From contig OZ240219.1 of NCBI GenBank assembly GCA_965197645.1, positions 2,304,001 to 2,368,000 of the forward strand: a stretch of 64,000 nt of DNA. The letters are read 5' to 3'. The first letter of the stretch is position 1. Every line of letters begins with the position of its first letter. Below are positions 9,573 to 18,053 of the stretch, piece after piece. Both the position numbers and the translations under genes were made by a program. The notes under the pieces were generated by a model. It did not search any database and had not been told where the DNA came from. It was given only the letters and a program-made list of their open reading frames with translations. This DNA comes from Dehalococcoidia bacterium (lineage in GTDB: Bacteria; Chloroflexota; Dehalococcoidia; Plut-88900).

Positions 9573-10454
9573 CTATCCGCAACCGAAGAATCCCTCCGAA
9601 ACGGCGTCCTTGATCGCCTGGGCCACCTCCACCGGTCGTTGGATAGGCACGTCGTGGACCGAGTCCTCCATCCAGACCACTCGTGCGTTCGGAATGAGCT
9701 TCGCTGCCTGCTCGACCTCGATCTCCTTCCTCTCCTGCCAGCTCCTCTCCGACTCCGGTGGGCTGCTCTGCCGGGCGGGCATCAGCAACACCGGACAGGG
9801 GATGCTGCTGTATAGTCCGGACACCTTCTGGTCCCATAACGCCCGCACTATGAGCATGTGCTTGTCCAACCGGAGCCGAGGCAGCACGTAGCCATCGGGC
9901 TGTACCTCGAAGTTGTTCTTGAGGAAGTCCTCGGCGTGCTTCCTCCACAGGGAGTTCGGGCCCCAGTTCTTGCCTCGCTCCAGGAAGTCGTCCCATGTCA
10001 TCCGCATGCTTCGGAAGTCCGGCGGCGTCAAGGCCTTCGCCGTCTTCTCCCAAGTGGCGCCTGGGTGTGCCGAGGGATCGATAATTCCGCCATCGATGCA
10101 GACCAGGCCGGACAGCAGATCCGGGTGGTCCGAGGCCAGTTGGACTGCAACGTTCCCTCCCCACGAGTGCCCCACTACCAGCGGCCGCTTCAAACCCAGC
10201 CCATCGATTACTCCCGCCACGTCCGACGAAAAGCTGGAGAATTCGTACCCACCCTCCGGCTTGTCGGTCAGGCCGTGCCCTCGCTGGTCTATAGCCACGA
10301 TGCGAAAATCGCTCAGCAGGGGGGCCAGCATGTCCCAGAAGCGGGCATTGGAAGCCAGTCCGTGAAGCAGCAGTACGTCCCTGCCCTCGCCGCCCCAGTC
10401 CCGATAGTGGAACGAAAGGCCCTCGGCGGTTATATAGCTGTCGCTAACCGGCAT
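9573..10454 (-). CDS. Alpha/beta hydrolase
   Basis: LLHGLAS, DQRGHG, GHSWGG nucleophile elbow, C-terminal His (SVHDVP). Probable start ATG 10454. Confidence 0.9.
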   Translation of the reverse strand: MPVSDSYITAEGLSFHYRDWGGEGRDVLLLHGLASNARFWDMLAPLLSDFRIVAIDQRGHGLTDKPEGGYEFSSFSSDVAGVIDGLGLKRPLVVGHSWGGNVAVQLASDHPDLLSGLVCIDGGIIDPSAHPGATWEKTAKALTPPDFRSMRMTWDDFLERGKNWGPNSLWRKHAEDFLKNNFEVQPDGYVLPRLRLDKHMLIVRALWDQKVSGLYSSIPCPVLLMPARQSSPPESERSWQERKEIEVEQAAKLIPNARVVWMEDSVHDVPIQRPVEVAQAIKDAVSEGFFGCG

Positions 10455-10707
10455 CCGTTCCGGTCTCACAATGGGAAGCGTGCAGCGGCAGAATTGTGAA
10501 CCGCTTGATGGGAAATGTCGATAGAGGGATGTGGCATTCGCGCAGACCACGATGTTAAATGCCAGTCAGCCGCTGATATGCAAGCCTTCTTGGGCTTCTT
10601 TGGCATGGGTTACAACCTCCTTTTGAATGGCGGTGACTTGATGCGCTGGACACGCGAGAGCTGTGCTTAGTGGCTACCCGGGTCTTCCTTCGATGAGTTG
10701 GAAGTCA

Positions 10708-11478
10708 CTAGGAAAGTTCTGACTGTGCAGTTTCCATCCTGATAATCTTAGCGGCTTCTTCAGTGCCTGGGGGTAGTATCTCTACGCATTTCTCATCATC
10801 GTAGAGTTCCACAAGACGTTGACTGTGCATCCTGCGCAATAAAGTCCTGAAATATCTAACATTACGATACTCAATCCACCGCAAGAGTTCGGATGTACGA
10901 ACAGGACTTGTCGATGTAGCCAACAACAAGAGTATCTGAGATTGCACCTTCAGAGTCGGTAGCAGGACACGACGCGTATCGGGGCCTTCCCATATGAGTG
11001 GAACTCGTCGTTGAGCAAGATGATCTACTAGCGACTGGGCCTCTCCAATGGTTACATCATGGAGTACTCGTACCAATTCTCCCATCACCCAACTGCAACT
11101 CGCGACGACGAAAGCGGCGTCCATGTAGTTGGGGTTGACGTCCCCTCCCACATGCCCAACGCCTCGATTGTTCCTGACCTCGAAAAGCGTGGGCAGGAGC
11201 CTCGGTATGAGAATCTGAAAACTTCTGGGCACATGCGTGTTCTGCTCTAACCGGCGGCATGCTCCTACAAAATCCTGTGGTTTCTTGGGGGTGTCTGGAT
11301 AACTTCCACTTGCATGGCCTTCGAGAACCGTGAAAACAATCTCGCAAAATCTACCCCCGCTCAACTCGGAAGGAAGCCACCTGTTCTCTGAGAAGGAGTG
11401 AAGAATGTTCTGGTATTCCTCCAGCAGACGATCCCTCAGGCCAGTAGGCAACAAACCAAGTACGTAGTGCAGACTCAC
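10708..11478 (-). CDS. Hypothetical protein with HEPN/Abi-like Rx6H motif and C-terminal winged helix
   Basis: Helical protein with EVRNNRGVGH; wHTH-like C-terminus; visibly lower GC than the flanks. Confidence 0.55.
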   Translation of the reverse strand: MSLHYVLGLLPTGLRDRLLEEYQNILHSFSENRWLPSELSGGRFCEIVFTVLEGHASGSYPDTPKKPQDFVGACRRLEQNTHVPRSFQILIPRLLPTLFEVRNNRGVGHVGGDVNPNYMDAAFVVASCSWVMGELVRVLHDVTIGEAQSLVDHLAQRRVPLIWEGPDTRRVLLPTLKVQSQILLLLATSTSPVRTSELLRWIEYRNVRYFRTLLRRMHSQRLVELYDDEKCVEILPPGTEEAAKIIRMETAQSELS

Positions 11479-11957
11479 TAATCTTCACCTTCACCCAATT
11501 GCTTGAGTCCCTCGGGGGTAATGAAGAATCCTACTGATGTTTTCTCGCAGAAGCCTCTTGAGACATTCTGGTTGAGGCAGTCTGAAGCATTACTCAGCCG
11601 TTTCTGCTGATTATCTTGGAGAGCCTTGGAAACTGCTTTGGTAGTCAGGTCTTTCTCTCCGCGGTACCAAAGCCATCCGGCAGTAGCCAAGAACCGTTGA
11701 ACCTGTACAGTATCGCCACCCTTCTCTCTCAAATAGCTGGCTAGCGATCTATTCGACAAAGTTTCATTCCGTTTCCCACCCAGCTTGGACGACACACTGT
11801 CTACTGGGGTAACGGTCTGTACTTTGGGAGCCAAATCGATTAGTTTGTTGATTTGCCTATCAAGCCACTCCTGGTCCCCTTCACCCGAAAAACTCAAGTT
11901 GCCTATAGTCAGTTCGATCTTGCCGCGCAGTGCTTCGGACTCCTTCATCATAGTCAC
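11478..11957 (-). CDS. Hypothetical protein, C-terminal winged-helix-like (FFITPEG)
   Basis: 159-aa ORF with AGGAG RBS; its stop overlaps the start of the downstream gene at 11478. Confidence 0.6.
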   Translation of the reverse strand: MTMMKESEALRGKIELTIGNLSFSGEGDQEWLDRQINKLIDLAPKVQTVTPVDSVSSKLGGKRNETLSNRSLASYLREKGGDTVQVQRFLATAGWLWYRGEKDLTTKAVSKALQDNQQKRLSNASDCLNQNVSRGFCEKTSVGFFITPEGLKQLGEGED

Positions 11958-12256
11958 TCCTTGTACTGAACCTTCGAGTCATCACTATCCATCAATACTA
12001 GCACACATAGCACGGTTGCACAATCGCTGTATGAATCATAACCCAATTCATAGTCCAGGCTGAGGAGTGTCTTGGCGGTGGAGGTGGAATTAGGTGTAAG
12101 GTGAAGTGCGGCCCGGGTCGGGAGAAGATAGGGAGGGACGATTCAGGAGTGACCTTCGCAAGAATTGATTTGATAAATCGGCATAAGAAATCGTGGACAC
12201 AGCAACGCTTGAAATGACTGTTTGACATGGCTTCGGGGCAAGATGGGAGTTGTCAT

Positions 12257-13441
12257 CTAGGGGGCTACGGCGATGGCATCGATTTCGCAGAGAGCCTCGG
12301 GAAACCCTCCGATGCTGTCCACCACCACTCCGGTGACCGCTTTCGGCTGACCTTTGAAGAACTCTTCGATAATCTCGACTGACCGGCCGTACCATCCGGC
12401 ATGGGTAATGAAGTAGGACATCTTGGCTATGTCATCGATGTTACAGCCCACCGAACCAAGGGCCGACTCCACTTTTTCCAACGCGTTGCGGAACTGGACA
12501 TCGAAATTGCCTGGGCCTACAAAACCACCGCCCGTTTCCAATGCCGTCTGCCCGGATACGTGAGCCAGTCCATCCGCTACTACCACGTTGCTGAAATTGA
12601 AGGGCGGCGGTTGGCCCGGGAGATTAACATAATCAGCCTTTGAAGGCGGCTTCAGGCCAATGGCATCGGCTCCGACAAGAGCCTGGGGATCGTCCAACGC
12701 CCGTATAGATACGACGTTGTCACCGGGAGGGTTGCCGTGGAAAGCTCGGTCCCTGAGGCGGGACAGCTCTCGATAGTACAGTGGGTTCGTGATGAAGTAG
12801 TTTATCTTCACCAGGTCGTTGAAACTACTACCGGCCGCTTCGAGGGCATCACCGACGCCCTTGTAAACGCCCCTCAGCTGCCGGGAAAAGGCCGAGTCCT
12901 CGCTCACCGGGTCCAGGGAGCCGGAGGACGTGAGGCACGAGACCCAGACCGTATCTCCCGTGGTGACCGATTGGGACGTGGATGAACCGGTCTCGGTAGC
13001 AGTTCTCAAGCCGGTAGTAGCGTGGGCATAGGCCTCTACGGCGATCAATGCCTCGGGGACAGCCAGGGAGGTGACGGCCACCGTCGTATTGGCGGGTGGG
13101 CCCACAGGGAAGCGACTGCCAACCACCTCGTAGTAGTCCTGAAAGTGCACCGGGTTGACGATGTAGCCCGTGAGCTTGGCCACGGCGCGAGGGCTGAGCC
13201 CCGACGCTTCCAGCACCTGCTCCACGGCATCGATGAGCCGGTTTGCCTGGGCAACGAAGTCTCCCTCGCCCACCAGTGCTCCCTCGGCGTCCAATGGCAG
13301 CTGCGCCGATAGGAACACCCAGCCGCCGGCCCTGGTACCCGGGCAAAAGGGTCCGGTTGCTACGTAGGAAGGTAGGTGGATAGCCTCGACAGCCAACATC
13401 TGATCCCCGGTGTCTTGGACGAATAACTCGCCGTTACCCAT
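12257..13441 (-). CDS. Triple-domain RidA/YjgF family protein
   Basis: Three ~125-aa Rid repeats (FLSAQL..AKLTGY..AVEAYA; VKINYF..GADAIG; VSGQTA..AKMSYF..EIDAIA). Start may be 13399. Confidence 0.8.
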   Translation of the reverse strand: MGNGELFVQDTGDQMLAVEAIHLPSYVATGPFCPGTRAGGWVFLSAQLPLDAEGALVGEGDFVAQANRLIDAVEQVLEASGLSPRAVAKLTGYIVNPVHFQDYYEVVGSRFPVGPPANTTVAVTSLAVPEALIAVEAYAHATTGLRTATETGSSTSQSVTTGDTVWVSCLTSSGSLDPVSEDSAFSRQLRGVYKGVGDALEAAGSSFNDLVKINYFITNPLYYRELSRLRDRAFHGNPPGDNVVSIRALDDPQALVGADAIGLKPPSKADYVNLPGQPPPFNFSNVVVADGLAHVSGQTALETGGGFVGPGNFDVQFRNALEKVESALGSVGCNIDDIAKMSYFITHAGWYGRSVEIIEEFFKGQPKAVTGVVVDSIGGFPEALCEIDAIAVAP

Positions 13442-13503
13442 ACCGGTAGTAGGGACTATCTTCGCCCCAGTCTCAGAGTTCCAGTCCGGAGGCCTGGTCC
13501 CGG

Positions 13504-14751
13504 TTAGCCGGCAACCATCACCCCGGCCCTACGCAGCCTGTCCGCTGCCACGTCGGCCTTCTGGAAGTCCTCCTCGGAGAAGTTGTAGAGACCGGCTCCA
13601 CCGCCGAGGATGTTTCCAGCCATCTCCTTGGGCACGGTGTTCAACAGGTTGTTGGACACGTTGGGGAAGTTGGAGTCGAAGTGGGGATAGTCGGTGGACA
13701 TGCACATTCGGTCGGCGCCGATCAGGTTGGCTGTCGGCTCTATCTCAGGCTCGCTGCCTTCCACGGCGGCCCAGCAGTTTCTTCGGAAGTACTCCCTGGG
13801 GCTGAGGGTAAGGTAAGGAGCGTGGGAGTCTCGATAGTTGGGATAGTCCCACTCGATGCGGGTCAGCAGCCCCGGCACCCACGAGTTCTGGGCCTCCAGG
13901 TAACCCACTCTCAGGTTCGGATGGAACTCGAAGACTCCCCCGATGAGCTGGGCTATCAGGGACTGCTGCATCTCTATCCAGTGGCTGGCCACGTGGCGGT
14001 ACCACCTGTTCTCTCCGTACAACTCGTCCATGTGAGAGTACCAGGATCCGGTGCCTTCGTGGAAACACCAGGAGACGTCCAATTCCTCGTGGAGACTGTA
14101 GAGGGGGTCCCAATAGTTGGAATGCCAGTAATGTTCGTTCACCTTGTTGGGGCGAACGAAGGAGGCCACGGCCCCGAGCTCGGTCACACATCGGACCAGC
14201 TCCTGGCAGGCCAGGTTCACGTCATGCACCGGCAGGATTGCGGCGAATTTAAGCTGGTCTGGGCTGTACTGGCAGAAATCGTGGATCCAGTTGTTGTAGG
14301 CGCGACAGATGGCTGCCGAAAGGTGGGGGTCCATGTCGTTTCTGGCCAGGAAGGCTAGGCCGAAGGTGGGGAACAGGGTGGCGATATCGATCCCCTCCAT
14401 CTCCATGGCCATCACCTGGGCTTCCTCGTTGTAGTTCCGATCGAGGGCGAACTGCATTTGACCGGTCTTGGCCAGGCGAGAGCTGGAGAGATTGATGAAC
14501 TGGGAGGGGTCTTGGGCGGGGTCCAACTCCTCCGGCTGCTTCACTGGGATCTTTTTGCGGTATCTCTGTAGCAGTGTGTCGCTCGATGTGGGCATCCGGT
14601 CGAACACCCATTCACCTGGGACCGGTTTGCCATCTGCGCCCACCGGCGTGGTGATCCGCTCCTTGAACTTCGGGTCCAGATACCTCTGGAACAGGTCGGG
14701 CGGCTCCATGATGTGCATATCGCAGTCGACGAACCTGTAACCTTCCTTCAT
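13504..14751 (-). CDS. Amidohydrolase_2 family protein
   Basis: VDCDMHIMEP, AYNNW, FHEG, GGVFEFHP.LR, STDYPHFD. Confidence 0.9.
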   Translation of the reverse strand: MKEGYRFVDCDMHIMEPPDLFQRYLDPKFKERITTPVGADGKPVPGEWVFDRMPTSSDTLLQRYRKKIPVKQPEELDPAQDPSQFINLSSSRLAKTGQMQFALDRNYNEEAQVMAMEMEGIDIATLFPTFGLAFLARNDMDPHLSAAICRAYNNWIHDFCQYSPDQLKFAAILPVHDVNLACQELVRCVTELGAVASFVRPNKVNEHYWHSNYWDPLYSLHEELDVSWCFHEGTGSWYSHMDELYGENRWYRHVASHWIEMQQSLIAQLIGGVFEFHPNLRVGYLEAQNSWVPGLLTRIEWDYPNYRDSHAPYLTLSPREYFRRNCWAAVEGSEPEIEPTANLIGADRMCMSTDYPHFDSNFPNVSNNLLNTVPKEMAGNILGGGAGLYNFSEEDFQKADVAADRLRRAGVMVAG

Positions 14752-14835
14752 GGCCTCCTCCTTCGAGTGCTCTATTCCCTGTGACTCGGTAGGTTAGACG
14801 TGCCGCATGGGGCGGAAGCTTGCTATGGAGCTGTT

Positions 14836-14863
14836 GGCCCGAGGACCGTACGGTCCTCGGGCC
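14836..14863. terminator. 28-bp perfect palindrome downstream of dppC
   Basis: GGCCCGAGGACCGTACGGTCCTCGGGCC is its own reverse complement; no long U-tract. Confidence 0.55.
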
Positions 14864-14897
14864 TTGCGTTCGAAAATGTTTAGCCGACCGATAGGCG

Positions 14898-15912
14898 TTA
14901 AGTACTGAAGCGTCCGCTCTTGCCCTTTAGCCTCGGGTCTAGCAGGTCCCTCATCCCGTCTCCCAGCACGTTTATGCCGAACACTACCAGGATTATCATC
15001 ACGCCGGGGAAGATGGCGAGCCAAGGCGCCCGGTGGAGATAGTTCTGGCCCTGCATGCTCAGCATGGGCGCCCCAGGAAGGCGTTGGAGGTGTGATGCCG
15101 TAGCCCAGGAAGCTCACTGCGGCCTCCGCCAGGATGGCATATCCCATACCCAGAGTAGCCAGGGTAATGATGGGGGCCATGATGTTGGGCAGGATGTAGC
15201 GGAGATTGATCCGCCATCCTGAAGCCCCGAGGGCGCGGGCTGCGTCCACATACTGATTTTCTCGCACGGTCAGGGATGCCGATCTGATGACCCTGGACAA
15301 CCAGGCTACGTTGGTGATAGCCAGGGCAAAGACCACCTTTGATACCTCCCAGTTGGTCTTGCCGAGGGCATCGATCGGCGAGTTATCACCGAGGATGCTT
15401 GCCACGACTATGACGACCACCAGCCAGGGGAAGATCATCATCCCGTCTACGAGCCTTTGAGCAAGGATGTCAACCTTCCCCCCCAACCAGGCCGACCCCA
15501 TGCCAATGATACAGGCAACAAGGGTCGCAATCACCACGGTGAACACGCCCACCATCATGGAGATCCGGGCGCCGTAGATTACTCTGCTGAAGACGTCCCG
15601 TCCCAGGTTGTCCAATCCCATAGGGTGGAACGGAGCTAGAGATGGACCTACCAACACGGATTGGGTGGTGCCTGCAATCCCCTCACCTAGCTCTATTCTC
15701 TCCGGGTGAGGCTCGTTAAGACCCTCGGGCGCCAGGAAGTTGGCAAAGATGCCGACGAAAAACAGTATCGCCACGATGACCAGCCCAACCGTCGCCAGCG
15801 GCTTCTGCTTTACGATCTGTCCCCATACCGTAATCCAGAGGGGGAGGTTTATCCGTCGCTCCTCAACGAGTTCGCTGGGCGGTATCCCGCCTATGCCTGT
15901 TTTGTCTAACAT
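14898..15912 (-). pseudogene. Peptide/nickel ABC permease DppC/OppC with +1 frameshift near 15067 (or sequencing error)
   Basis: GLDNLGRDVFSRVIYGARIS and YVDAARALGAS motifs. Removing one C after PSWGA restores MLSMQGQNYLHRAPWLAIFPG...LGDGMRDLLDPRLKG, ending at TAA 14898. Confidence 0.85.
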
Positions 15913-15958
15913 GCGTATCCGTCCCTAATGCTTCTTTACTTTCCTGTGCCCCTCTATC

Positions 15959-17911
15959 TTAGTTGTAACGTATCCTGGGATCCAACCAGCTATAGATCAG
16001 GTCTACCGCGAGATTCAGGCCGACTACTACCACGCCCATGAACATGGCGACTCCCTGTATCAGAGGGTAGTCTCGGTCTTCGATGGCCGTGAGCATTAAT
16101 CCGCCAACCCCCGGTATATTGAATATGCGCTCGATGATGACCAACTCTCCGAGCTGGAATGGGATCAGCAGCCCTATCAGGGTGATGACCGGGATCATTG
16201 CGTTCTTCAGGGCGTGCTTAACGATGACGGCTCGTTCTCGGAGTCCCTTGGACCATGCCGTCCTAACGTAGTCCTGACGAAGCACCTCCAGCATCATGGA
16301 CCGGGTCATCCTCATGGTCTCGGCCATCGCCGGTAGCGCCGCCACTATGGCCGGCAACAGGTAGAAGTACAGATTTTGGGCCGGATTGTCAAAGAAGGAA
16401 ACATAGATCAAGCGGGGCTGCCAAAAGCCCAGATAGTAGCTGGGTACAAGTATAGCCATGCTGCCGAACCAGAAGGATGGCACGGCGAGGCCACCTATCG
16501 CAAATGTCCGTCCCACGTAGTCGCCCACGGTATCCTGCCTGATCGCCGAATAGATTCCTATGGGGATAGACACCACTAGGGCCATGGCGATGCTCATGAT
16601 CATGAGCTGTACACTGGGACCCAGCTTCCGTCCCAGCTCGGCGCGTACCGACTCGCCGAAGAACAGGAAGCGCTCTCCCAGATTGCCCCCGATAACGCCC
16701 CAACGCCAACTGGTCTCTTTAGTGGTGATCCATGCCCTGACCGTGCCGGAACTGCTAACCGTCAGGTTCACGTCCACAACCGGATCACCGACGGTTCCTT
16801 TGTCAACGATCTCACCGTTTTCCCTGGCGGTCAGAGCGATCTCGCGCACGGTCCAAGAAGCGCCACCGTCGGCGGTGGAGAGTATGGTCCCACCTGAACC
16901 CACTATCATCCCGGCATCGGCGGAGCCGAAGACCAGGTCATTGAGGTCAATGCCCTCGGCCGCGCTTACGTTCAAGGGCGCCCACGCGGCCCCTCCATTG
17001 GAGCTTCGCAGGACTGAACCGGATTTGCCGACAGCCCATACGTTGAGGGAATCGGCAAAGGCTACGGCGTTAAGGTCTTCTTCGGTGCCGCTGTTTCTAA
17101 CAACCCAACTGTTGCCGCCATCGTTCGTAGCGAGGATCGTGCCCGCCTCACCCACTGCCCAGCCTGTTCGTTCATCGGCGAAGCCCACGGAGGAGAGACC
17201 GGTCTCGATGGGCGTACTCTGGGTCTGCCACGAGGCGCCGCCGTCATCGCTGCGGATCACCACCCCGTTGTCTCCTACGGCCCAACCGGTCAACGCTGTT
17301 TCGGACTCAAGAAATACTACATCGGTCAATCTCTGGTCAGTGTTGCTGTTCTGCGCTACCCACGTGAAGGGGGCCCCGGGAGCGCTGGATCGCTTGCCGC
17401 CTTCCGAGGTGTGCAAGATAGTCCCGTTGTCTCCAACGGCCCAGCCGCGGTCCTCGTCCAGGATGAACATGGAGTGGAAGTTCTCGTCGCCGTTGTACTG
17501 CCTGGACCAGAGCCGACCGCCGTCGTCGGTGTTGAAGATCATGTTCTCGGCCAACCCCCAGCCCAGTACGGGCGTTAGGAAGGTGAGCTGATCGAAGGGT
17601 TTGATAACCCCCACCGCCATCTGATTCCAGGTTTCCCCAGCGTCGGAGGTCCGGTATACAAAGCCTTGTGTCTTGGGCCAGCCGAACATCCAGCGGACGT
17701 ACTGTTTATGGAAGGGGGCGTCCAGTCCAAGTCTGGAGCGGGTGTACTCCTCGGCCTCTTCTGTCCCGCCGGACCTGCCGCCCCTCCCCCCGGCTTGCAT
17801 GGTACTGATGATATCACCCGGCAACAGCCTAATGACGCCGACCACCAGCAACGAGGCGATCATCAACGTGGGTATGATTAGTAGAAATCGTCTTACTGCA
17901 TACTGGCCCAA
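15959..17911 (-). CDS. Peptide ABC permease DppB/OppB with inserted YCF48/BNR beta-propeller
   Basis: DppB N-terminus (RRFLLIIPTL..LPGD..LGLDAP..QYVRW) and C-terminus (RSMMLEVLRQDYVRTAWSKGL..HALKNA..RDYP..DPRIR) flank about 320 aa of SxDGGxTW/GWAVG repeats. Confidence 0.9.
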   Translation of the reverse strand: MGQYAVRRFLLIIPTLMIASLLVVGVIRLLPGDIISTMQAGGRGGRSGGTEEAEEYTRSRLGLDAPFHKQYVRWMFGWPKTQGFVYRTSDAGETWNQMAVGVIKPFDQLTFLTPVLGWGLAENMIFNTDDGGRLWSRQYNGDENFHSMFILDEDRGWAVGDNGTILHTSEGGKRSSAPGAPFTWVAQNSNTDQRLTDVVFLESETALTGWAVGDNGVVIRSDDGGASWQTQSTPIETGLSSVGFADERTGWAVGEAGTILATNDGGNSWVVRNSGTEEDLNAVAFADSLNVWAVGKSGSVLRSSNGGAAWAPLNVSAAEGIDLNDLVFGSADAGMIVGSGGTILSTADGGASWTVREIALTARENGEIVDKGTVGDPVVDVNLTVSSSGTVRAWITTKETSWRWGVIGGNLGERFLFFGESVRAELGRKLGPSVQLMIMSIAMALVVSIPIGIYSAIRQDTVGDYVGRTFAIGGLAVPSFWFGSMAILVPSYYLGFWQPRLIYVSFFDNPAQNLYFYLLPAIVAALPAMAETMRMTRSMMLEVLRQDYVRTAWSKGLRERAVIVKHALKNAMIPVITLIGLLIPFQLGELVIIERIFNIPGVGGLMLTAIEDRDYPLIQGVAMFMGVVVVGLNLAVDLIYSWLDPRIRYN

Positions 17912-18007
17912 TTTTTTCAGCCTTTCACGAAACGTTGCAGCGGGGATGTGGCGGGTACTATAAAGTAATCAGTCTTGAAACGCAACCAGTAGACCTCGCA
18001 AGCAATA

Positions 18008-18044
18008 AGAAGAGGGCCGCCTCAATTTGAGGCGGCCCTCTTCT
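18008..18044 (-). terminator. Hairpin between SBP and permease genes (terminator or mRNA stabiliser)
   Basis: AGAAGAGGGCCGCCTCAA-T-TTGAGGCGGCCCTCTTCT perfect 18-bp inverted repeat about 10 nt after the SBP stop. Confidence 0.8.
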
Positions 18045-18053
18045 ACTATGCTC

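Noticed and set aside
14794-15065. Long basic C-terminal tail of DppC in the ORF track
   Set aside because: Product of the +1 frameshift; the true C-terminus is in another frame.
16560-17591. 343-aa Ser/Pro/Thr-rich plus-strand ORF
   Set aside because: Antisense shadow of the repetitive propeller; no RBS or family motifs.
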